In this document: positions 57,723-64,000 of the stretch, in pieces | How positions within the stretch are numbered: the first letter of the stretch is position 1 | How the letters are laid out: each line of letters begins with the position of its first letter | Virus record (IMG/VR): IMGVR_UViG_3300034082_001517 | Coordinates: 4,526 to 68,525 of that record | Length of the DNA: 64,000 bases | DNA from: a virus | Strand: one strand, 5' to 3' | Notes under the pieces: model-generated | Database searches by the model: none | Seen by the model: the letters and a program-made list of their open reading frames with translations, nothing else | Told to the model about the DNA's origin: nothing | Translations under genes and position numbers: made by a program

Positions 57723-58032
57723 TTAGTGCCCCGCAAGCCCAATGAATACAAGAGCCCCGTGAGCCTTAGTGCTCACGGGGCTTTCTTGGCGGTTGTTCTC
57801 GCTGGCTATACGCCCAGAGAACAACCGCCGCTTAGAGTCACACCTGATCTCATGTTTAGTACACAATTCCCAATCACAATACACGGCTGTGGTTCAACGG
57901 TGCGCCTAGCTCAAGTTGAACAACAGCCAATTGGGAAATAGAGGAGAAATATATTGAATACATATTCTCACTTACTTGTTACTATGTATTTGTGGGTAAC
58001 AATGCCAAGTCATATCCCATAAAGGAAATACA

Positions 58033-58341
58033 ATGACCCTTAAAGTCAATTTGAGCGAAATCACCAATTTGGTGAAGCGTGGCAGGCAGGCTGTCATAGA
58101 TCAGGCGTTACTTGCCGACATTATGTCATTAGACGCTAATGTTGCTGGCGATGCCTTTATTTATGCCGATGCCCAAGGCGACCCAACAGACGATGAATTT
58201 GTTAATCACAAAAATTCATGGCGTGGGCGTGTTGCCAAGGCTGGCGAAGCGTGTGACCGTGACTGCTCCATTTTGTGGACTACAGCAGGCGAAATGGTCG
58301 TATCGCTCAAGCCAGTAAAGGCGAAGCGCAACCGTAAGTAA
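58033..58341 (+). CDS. Cassette 9 ORF, KRGR-family paralog 3
   Basis: Approx. 75% identical to 56791-57099 by manual count (26 differences in 102 aa). Confidence 0.85.
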   Translation: MTLKVNLSEITNLVKRGRQAVIDQALLADIMSLDANVAGDAFIYADAQGDPTDDEFVNHKNSWRGRVAKAGEACDRDCSILWTTAGEMVVSLKPVKAKRNRK

Positions 58342-59222
58342 TTCCCCCGTTAGGTAATAGAGACAAACCCCATATGCCATAAGGCGTATGGGGTTTTTCT
58401 TTACGGGTGTTCTCGCTGGCTATTCGCCCAGAGAACACCCGTTTTGTCTATGCCAATGCGATTAGATATTTAATACAAATTCTCAATCTCTATTCATGTA
58501 AATGGCGGGTGGTCCAAATAGAAATGTATTTGTATTTGTACACCCGCCAAAATTTATATGTTTATATCTGCGTTTTTAATAATGTTACTAATCATACACA
58601 TGTTTATACCTATACAATCAGAAATGTATTTACAATTAACAATGAGGAGGTCGGGGTTATCATAGGGGCTGGGATAGCGGATGCGATTCTCTATATCTGT
58701 CGGGGCAAATTACAACTGTGTAATCAATGCGTATATCAGTATGTATACAGAACCATTTAACCCCCGATAAATCTGTACTAAAATCGCTGGAGATTAGCGG
58801 CTGTAAAAAGACCTATTAAAAGGGGGTTGATTAGTTATATCTATGTATCTATCCTCCTAGTAAGGACTGATATAGGTTATTTCGTATAGCGAATCATAGG
58901 GGGTCTCTAATTATGAGCTTTTTTGCCCCGTTTTGTTCAATTGTTGACCAATTTAGTCGTATATTATTATATTTATGCCTATTTTTATTTATTTATTACC
59001 CTAATTTTAGGCAAAAAAAAGCCCAAGAATAGCTATGTTTAGGGCTATTCCTGGACTCTTATTCTGTGATATATCAGCTAAATATTAATATCGTACACCA
59101 CATATATTGATAATATATGAACGATATTGGAACGCTTTACTTACTAATGCTAATAGTTTTCAGCTATTTCCTTCTAATAATCTTTCAGCTATTTCTCTCT
59201 ATAATTATTTCAATCTATATTT

Positions 59223-59546
59223 TTATCTATTAAACATATCTATTATCTGGGCATTCAATTCTTCCTGTGTATCTGCCAATGGGTTTGTTCCAGAGTCAAA
59301 CATACTCTTTACTACTTCATATGAATACTTATCTTGATTACTAGGATGACTTAATACTCCTTCAACCCGATTTTTTATGAAACGAAGAAATTCATTAACA
59401 ATATCATTGGCTGTAATCTTATCTTCCATCTCCAGATCAGAGTTACTAATCAACTCTTTCAGCCACCTACCACCAAAGATTAGGTTAAAAACTTCTTCTG
59501 GATTCAAATCATTATATTCATCATTGCTCATATTTATCCTTACCAT
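59223..59546 (-). CDS. Hypothetical protein
   Basis: Acidic ORF, probable start at MSNDEY after AAGGA. Confidence 0.6.
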   Translation of the reverse strand: MVRINMSNDEYNDLNPEEVFNLIFGGRWLKELISNSDLEMEDKITANDIVNEFLRFIKNRVEGVLSHPSNQDKYSYEVVKSMFDSGTNPLADTQEELNAQIIDMFNR

Positions 59547-59654
59547 TAATATAGGGTTGTATTGGGATAATTGTTTTGCTTAATTCTTCTCTAAGCTTAT
59601 CAAAATTGTATTCATACATCATCTCTTCATCCGATATACATTCGCCATAATATA

Positions 59655-59876
59655 TCATCCTACCAACCTTTCTAATTTTATTTTGCAATCCAAATAAGCC
59701 AAAGTTCTATTATGTGCTTGGATATTTAAAATGGTTAACAAAGATACATTCTCTTCATTAGACTTATCAGTTTCGTCTATCCTTTTCTCAATGACTTGAA
59801 TTTCTCTTTCAAGACGAAGAATGTCTTGTTCAATTTCATCCTTCACAGTCATGTCCATAAGCAGCCTCCTCTTCAT
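59655..59876 (-). CDS. Hypothetical coiled-coil protein
   Basis: ORF track; probable start slightly downstream. Confidence 0.55.
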   Translation of the reverse strand: MKRRLLMDMTVKDEIEQDILRLEREIQVIEKRIDETDKSNEENVSLLTILNIQAHNRTLAYLDCKIKLERLVG

Positions 59877-60000
59877 TTAACATTTTGTCACATTCATAAC
59901 AGATATCATAAAAGAATTCACCAGTTTCTGGATCTTGCATTACTCTTACAGCATCTAATTTTACTGGAATCATCCTATCCTTATTATCTTCGTATTTCAT
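59836..60000 (-). CDS. Possible small Zn-binding protein (54 aa)
   Basis: MKYEDNKD...CYEC...GHDCEG; ATGA overlap with upstream stop. Confidence 0.5.
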   Translation of the reverse strand: MKYEDNKDRMIPVKLDAVRVMQDPETGEFFYDICYECDKMLNEEEAAYGHDCEG

Positions 60001-60266
60001 AATGTTGGGCTCCAATCATTTGTTTCGTGTCCATGTCCATATGTAGTATTTACAAAATCTTCATATAAATCCCTTTTATACTCCGCAATCAATAACCTAA
60101 GGTTATTTAAAATGCCATTGATACTGTCATAATCAGGGTGAGAAGTAACCATATATCCCATAACAGAATGCTGTAAATCCTCAATAAATCCCTTAATTAA
60201 AACAATACCACTTTCCATTTGTTCTAAAGTAAGATCCATATATTCTCCATGTTTATCAATAGCCAT
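59997..60266 (-). CDS. Hypothetical protein
   Basis: 89 aa, AAAGGGA RBS. Confidence 0.65.
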   Translation of the reverse strand: MAIDKHGEYMDLTLEQMESGIVLIKGFIEDLQHSVMGYMVTSHPDYDSINGILNNLRLLIAEYKRDLYEDFVNTTYGHGHETNDWSPTL

Positions 60267-60269
60267 AAC

Positions 60270-60401
60270 TTAATCCCTTTCCCAATGCCGATGAATATGT
60301 CTTTTATTTTCTCCAGGGTAATCATATTTATCTACACTTCTCTTGGTATGCCAATGAAGTCCAATGTATAACCCTAGGAACAATGCTAATACCATTCTCA
60401 T
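60270..60401 (-). CDS. Possible small membrane protein (43 aa)
   Basis: MRMVLALFLGLYIGLHW...; ATGA overlap. Confidence 0.45.
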   Translation of the reverse strand: MRMVLALFLGLYIGLHWHTKRSVDKYDYPGENKRHIHRHWERD

Positions 60402-60721
60402 ATATCCCTCCCTTCTGCTTTTGAATAGTTTTCTCTTTCAATAATAAAGAAGAACCCTCTTGAAACAATTAGCTTTTGATGCAACACACAGCAATGATCT
60501 TTGTTATACTGACTCTTAACCGTATTGCAGCCAATAAAACAACAAATCCCTGTATGAATTTTGGTATGATCAAAACCTATTTCAATTAAGCACTTCTCCG
60601 TTCTTCTATTTCTAGCTTGAGTTCTTTCTCCTTTAACTCTCCCTTTATAATCTGGGTTTAATTTCTTCATTTCTTGTTTTCTTTGATGCGCTCTCTTATG
60701 TCTATCTGTATAAGTTGACAT
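60398..60721 (-). CDS. Basic Cys/His protein (putative Zn finger)
   Basis: CCFIGC...CCVLH. Confidence 0.6.
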   Translation of the reverse strand: MSTYTDRHKRAHQRKQEMKKLNPDYKGRVKGERTQARNRRTEKCLIEIGFDHTKIHTGICCFIGCNTVKSQYNKDHCCVLHQKLIVSRGFFFIIERENYSKAEGRDI

Positions 60722-60749
60722 ACCCCAATCCTTTCAAATAGGTTACTTA

Positions 60750-61376
60750 TTAGTCTACTAAGGCTTCTTTCTTAATATAGAAAGGCTCTTTATTGTGATC
60801 GCACAAACCAATTTCTTCATTTAATATTCTGGTCAATACATTTACTGCAGAAAGATAATCAATAGAAGTGAAATCAACACACAAATCACCACTATCCCAC
60901 TCTTCTCCGTATTCAGTTGCTTCATCTATTGTTTCATAATCACCTTCAAGTTTAAATTCATACCTATCTGGTTCATTAACCATCAACCATTTCCAAATAC
61001 ATGAATCAGCATTGTAATAAATGTTTCTTCCTTCGTCATAAGAAAAGCCTAAGAAATCATTTGACTCTGTTTCAAACTGACGAACAAAGTCAATAGTATC
61101 GTCACCTGCTAACCATTCAGGAGCTTTCCAGTTATTAACTATTGCTGTAGCAAACCCAGCAATACAACCCATAGATGTACAATTGAAAATATCAGTACCC
61201 ACAATCATATTCTTTACTTGATCTGCCCTATATGTACTTGCTAATTCACCATGTTCAAATACATTTTCAACTTTATACTCTTCGTCAAATTTACCAATGA
61301 ATGTGCTCATGTTAAATTTTGTCGCACCATCAATCTTAATGGCATCAATTACTCTTTGTAAGTTTTCCTTATTCAT
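60750..61376 (-). CDS. Hypothetical protein, paralog of 62430-63059
   Basis: FNMS.F...FNCTSMGCIAGFATA. Confidence 0.8.
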   Translation of the reverse strand: MNKENLQRVIDAIKIDGATKFNMSTFIGKFDEEYKVENVFEHGELASTYRADQVKNMIVGTDIFNCTSMGCIAGFATAIVNNWKAPEWLAGDDTIDFVRQFETESNDFLGFSYDEGRNIYYNADSCIWKWLMVNEPDRYEFKLEGDYETIDEATEYGEEWDSGDLCVDFTSIDYLSAVNVLTRILNEEIGLCDHNKEPFYIKKEALVD

Positions 61377-61377
61377 G

Positions 61378-61950
61378 TTATTTCCCTGCCTTTTCTTGTT
61401 TATTGTTTGGATAGTCTCTATTATACGAATCTGAAATCTTATATGCTTTAATCAGATCTTCAACAACAATATCAGTACTGTCTTTATCTAATCTAAAAGA
61501 ATCGTCTAAAGGACAGATTAATTTATAATCAGTTACAGCAAATACCTTTTGCCAATCTTTAGGTTCATTGGCATCATGAATTCTTTGTGCAAAAGAAAGC
61601 ATAGCCATACTCTTATCTGTTTTATTCCAATTAGGAGTTGATTCATTAACAGCGTCTAATACTTCATCATCAACTGCTGTTTTACCCTCTATATCTGGAT
61701 CATAAAGATTATCCAAAATAAGCCAACCAATGGCACATTTTGTGTCTGTCTTAGTTTTTACATCCATACCACGATAAGCACAATCATCATCATTTATGAC
61801 AATATCATCGCCTGTATCTTCGTCATATTCATACGCAAGTAACCTTGATTTCATATTCTGTTTTATAAGGTTTTTTGCAATATGACGCAAAGCTTGTCCG
61901 TCATTAGTTATTTCAGATAAATCTTTCTTTAATTGTTCTAGTGTTTCCAT
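61378..61950 (-). CDS. Hypothetical protein (CAYR...KCAIG...Q.IHD family)
   Basis: Motif family frequent in large phages. Confidence 0.75.
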   Translation of the reverse strand: METLEQLKKDLSEITNDGQALRHIAKNLIKQNMKSRLLAYEYDEDTGDDIVINDDDCAYRGMDVKTKTDTKCAIGWLILDNLYDPDIEGKTAVDDEVLDAVNESTPNWNKTDKSMAMLSFAQRIHDANEPKDWQKVFAVTDYKLICPLDDSFRLDKDSTDIVVEDLIKAYKISDSYNRDYPNNKQEKAGK

Positions 61951-62017
61951 ATTAAAAGCCCTCCATTTGGGTCTGTAATCGTTTATAATCGTTTATAAAT
62001 GTTAAATGCTAGATAGT

Positions 62018-62239
62018 TCACTCATTTGGGAAAATATAAAAGGCAGTGTCCATTTCTTTATCCATTGCAAAGAAACAACCTGGACCATTACCTTCTTCAT
62101 CTTGTGAGGGATAGATAATTGAACCATCATCTAATACCAAACAAACAGAGTTATAAGGACTATTATCCCAACCCTCTTTCTCAATTACTTTCTTATTAAG
62201 TGATCTTACATCAACAATTTTTCTTCCAATTACTTCCAT
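62018..62239 (-). CDS. Hypothetical protein
   Basis: IGRKIVDVR...PSQDEEGNGPG. Confidence 0.75.
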   Translation of the reverse strand: MEVIGRKIVDVRSLNKKVIEKEGWDNSPYNSVCLVLDDGSIIYPSQDEEGNGPGCFFAMDKEMDTAFYIFPNE

Positions 62240-62433
62240 TATTTATTCTCCTTTAGGTGGTCTTGATATTCTAGATGTATCCATCTCCAATACTTATCCA
62301 ATTCTCCTTCGCTAGCTTCAGAAAAATCTGGACCATTAGATACTTTATATTGGAAATTTAAAAGAATATCGGCGTAATCATCATCACAACCGAGTGCATC
62401 TTTAACCATTCCCCTCCAATATGGATTACTCAT
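62239..62433 (-). CDS. Hypothetical protein
   Basis: 64 aa, PDFSE motif, coupled. Confidence 0.65.
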   Translation of the reverse strand: MSNPYWRGMVKDALGCDDDYADILLNFQYKVSNGPDFSEASEGELDKYWRWIHLEYQDHLKENK

Positions 62434-63059
62434 GACACTACCGCTTCTTTCTTGATATAATAAGGTTGTTGCATTTCATCACAAGCCAAACCAATTTCTT
62501 CATTAAAGATTCTAGTTAAAACATCCACTGCAGTAAGATAATCAATGGTATGAAAGTTTGCGTATAGATCTCTATCATCCCATTCAATCTCACAATCATT
62601 TGCGTCTTGCATTGTTTCATAATCTTCCAATTCTAGATTTGGATATCTTTCTGCTTCATGATGCATTAGCCATTTCCAAATACTATTATCATCTCCGAAG
62701 AAAAGATTCTTAGCCTCAGCAGTACTTAATCCTAAGTAATTAGCAGCTTCATTTTCAAATTGATATAGATGACCTGAAGGATCATCTTTTCTCATCCAGT
62801 CAGGAGTTTTCCAATCATTAGCCAATGCTGTAGCAAAACCAGCAATACAACCCATTGAGGTACAATTAAACAAATCAGTACCTTCATGTATAACCCTAAC
62901 TCTACTTACAGGGAATGTATGAGCTAATTCATCATTTTCAAATACGCTTATATGATCATCTTCATATTCAAGCTTTCCGACAAATACACTCATATTAAAT
63001 TTCTTTGCACCATCAAATTTAATGGCATCAATTACTTTCCGCATATTATCTTTGTTCAT
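62430..63059 (-). CDS. Hypothetical protein, paralog of 60750-61376
   Basis: Same length and motifs, AAGGAG RBS. Confidence 0.8.
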   Translation of the reverse strand: MNKDNMRKVIDAIKFDGAKKFNMSVFVGKLEYEDDHISVFENDELAHTFPVSRVRVIHEGTDLFNCTSMGCIAGFATALANDWKTPDWMRKDDPSGHLYQFENEAANYLGLSTAEAKNLFFGDDNSIWKWLMHHEAERYPNLELEDYETMQDANDCEIEWDDRDLYANFHTIDYLTAVDVLTRIFNEEIGLACDEMQQPYYIKKEAVVS

Positions 63060-63202
63060 TTTAACTCCTTATAGTTTCCGTTTGTTGTTTCTTTTAGGTT
63101 GGTATAAATAATAACTTGACCTTCATTATCTTCATCAAGTGAACAATGAGGCATAAGTTTTTCTAACTTACTGCGTAACTGATTTCCATCTATTTTATTC
63201 AT
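63056..63202 (-). CDS. Small hypothetical protein (48 aa)
   Basis: MNKIDGNQLR...DEDNEGQVIIYTNL; overlaps neighbours in coupled fashion. Confidence 0.6.
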   Translation of the reverse strand: MNKIDGNQLRSKLEKLMPHCSLDEDNEGQVIIYTNLKETTNGNYKELK

Positions 63203-63449
63203 TCTCACTCCATCCATTATATTCAGTTATTGTTTCTACAATTATGTCGTATATTAATCCTTGGTAATGCTCAGTCATATCATCAAACTCTAATACAACC
63301 TTATTCCAAGCTTCTTCTGTTACTTTATTATCTTCATCTGAATTAGTTTGGTTTTCAAATAGTTCTTTACTCCACCAAGCAATACAAATTTCTTCATCTT
63401 GGTCTGAATAAGACTTAAGCATTTTAATTGCTTCTTTTACTGTTGTCAT
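63195..63449 (-). CDS. Hypothetical protein
   Basis: 84 aa acidic. Confidence 0.7.
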   Translation of the reverse strand: MTTVKEAIKMLKSYSDQDEEICIAWWSKELFENQTNSDEDNKVTEEAWNKVVLEFDDMTEHYQGLIYDIIVETITEYNGWSENE

Positions 63450-63787
63450 ACTTGTTCCAGTTTGAACGCATTGCTTTCACGCAATTGATCAAGAACTTTA
63501 ACCCAATTACTATTGTTATTGTGTACAAGATCTTCAAAGTCTTTTTCAATTTTTTCTCCTAGTCCTAATGTTGTAAGTTCTTTAATGAATTCAAAGAACT
63601 CAGGTTTGTTGATTTCAAAATGAGAAATTTTACCTGTAATTGGATTTCTTACATAGACGAATTGCTCATTCTTACACGGAATTAATAAACTATATGTACT
63701 ATTAACTGTTGCTTGAATCAAAAGTTGTGCTTCTGTCTTAGCATCTTTCTTAGCTTCAAATTTCTTAGGTACTTTACGAGTTGCCAT
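63446..63787 (-). CDS. Hypothetical protein
   Basis: 113 aa, AGGAG RBS. Confidence 0.7.
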   Translation of the reverse strand: MATRKVPKKFEAKKDAKTEAQLLIQATVNSTYSLLIPCKNEQFVYVRNPITGKISHFEINKPEFFEFIKELTTLGLGEKIEKDFEDLVHNNNSNWVKVLDQLRESNAFKLEQV

Positions 63788-63800
63788 ATCTACTTCTCCT

Positions 63801-63998
63801 CTAGTCGGTTTGTAATTCTACTTCTATATCTTGAATACTCTTAACTAACTGTTCTTCTTGTTGTTTTGTTAAATCTGGATAAAGTTCAAGAAGCATTTCA
63901 ATTGCTTCATCTTCTAATTCATCCTCATCCATTGCACTTGATACCCACGGGTTTATATAAACCGTATGTCTATCAAATACTATATGTGCTGAATACAT
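63801..63998 (-). CDS. Hypothetical acidic protein (may extend beyond window)
   Basis: 65 aa at window edge. Confidence 0.55.
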   Translation of the reverse strand: MYSAHIVFDRHTVYINPWVSSAMDEDELEDEAIEMLLELYPDLTKQQEEQLVKSIQDIEVELQTD

Positions 63999-64000
63999 TG

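Larger units (their letters stand above)
53005..57928 (+). repeat. Dispersed repeat family A: nine approx. 40-bp hairpins with conserved core (g)gtgcgcNtagctcaa, at 53005, 53649, 54232, 54761, 55336, 56074, 56617, 57269, 57885
   Basis: Read directly; arms covary (gttcaac/gttgaac vs gggcaac/gttgcac). Confidence 0.92.
53071..57984 (+). promoter_or_regulatory. Nine repeated promoters ATTGAATACAyAtt..N..TAAGGT/TAnnnT, at approx. 53071, 53715, 54298, 54827, 55402, 56140, 56683, 57337, 57953
   Basis: Near-fixed distance from hairpin A; -10-like hexamer (TAAGGT x6, TAATGT, TATAGT, TACTAT) approx. 6 nt before the leader hairpin. Confidence 0.8.
53110..58021 (+). ncRNA. Repeated 5'-leader RNA hairpin (tgtcg-N5/6-NNG CCAAGT CNN-NN-cgaya) directly before each SD, at 53110, 53754, 54866, 55441, 56179, 57376, 57991 (variants at approx. 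54338, 56722)
   Basis: Compensatory changes GTG/CAC, GCG/CGC, ACG/CGT, ATG/CAT around the loop. Confidence 0.75.
53543..58398 (+). terminator. Nine intrinsic terminators closing each cassette (approx. 53543, 54112, 54655, 55232, 55966, 56508, 57139, 57752, 58365)
   Basis: GC-rich stems, several with TTCG/GAAA loops, followed by T-runs. Confidence 0.85.
57174..58442. repeat. Repeat family B: three hairpins GTTCTC-GCTGGCTANNCGCCCAG-AGAAC at 57174-57213, 57788-57830, 58403-58442; truncated gcccgaacacc relics after earlier terminators
   Basis: Outer arms covary: ggtggtg/caccacc, ggcggttg/caaccgcc, acgggtg/cacccgt. Confidence 0.85.

Noticed and set aside
53005-57928. CRISPR array interpretation of the repeated hairpin A
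   Set aside because: Repeats are 530-740 bp apart, separated by promoters, ORFs and terminators; arms vary; no cas genes.
52970-57941. ORFs reading through the scaffold (e.g. 52970-53203, 53575-53796, 54671-54856, 54756-54941, 57726-57941 with TVRLAQV)
   Set aside because: Shared peptide is just translation of hairpin A; starts/stops are inconsistent, there is no RBS, and variation preserves base pairing rather than codons.
58407-58760. 117-aa ORF after the array
   Set aside because: Starts inside hairpin B just after a terminator, has no RBS and has atypical composition.
1-64000. Alternative genetic code / stop-codon reassignment
   Set aside because: Genes are full-length and tightly packed in the standard code; TAA, TAG and TGA all end genes; no suppressor tRNA.

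Overview
The window is a 64-kb piece of a large, low-GC, long-tailed (siphovirus-like) dsDNA phage genome. The host is most likely a freshwater actinobacterium, possibly Acidimicrobiia; this is inferred from the ferredoxin type, leaderless extended -10 promoters and tRNA-Leu(UAA). 1-44.2 kb (minus strand) is the virion/lysis arm: glycosyltransferase, class II RNR, portal, prohead protease/scaffold, major capsid, fibres/adhesins, a halogenase + 2OG-Fe(II) oxygenase block, holins/endolysin, head-tail connectors, major tail, frameshifted tail chaperones, a 4214-aa tape measure and tail-tip genes. 44.4-52.9 kb (mostly plus) holds accessory genes (CAS-like dioxygenase, FkbM methylase, 2OG oxygenase, nuclease, ferredoxin) and 3 tRNAs. 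The most striking part is 53.0-58.55 kb, a GC-richer array of nine self-contained expression cassettes. Each has a covarying hairpin with a conserved 16-nt core, a conserved promoter (ATTGAATACA...TAnnnT), usually a covarying 5'-leader hairpin with a CCAAGT loop, 1-2 small ORFs (four of them KRGR-motif paralogs) and a terminator. A third hairpin family follows the last three terminators. 59.2-64 kb (minus) is a run of small hypothetical genes. No terminase, integrase, polymerase or CRISPR is visible. All calls are by eye from motifs and synteny; no database searches were run.
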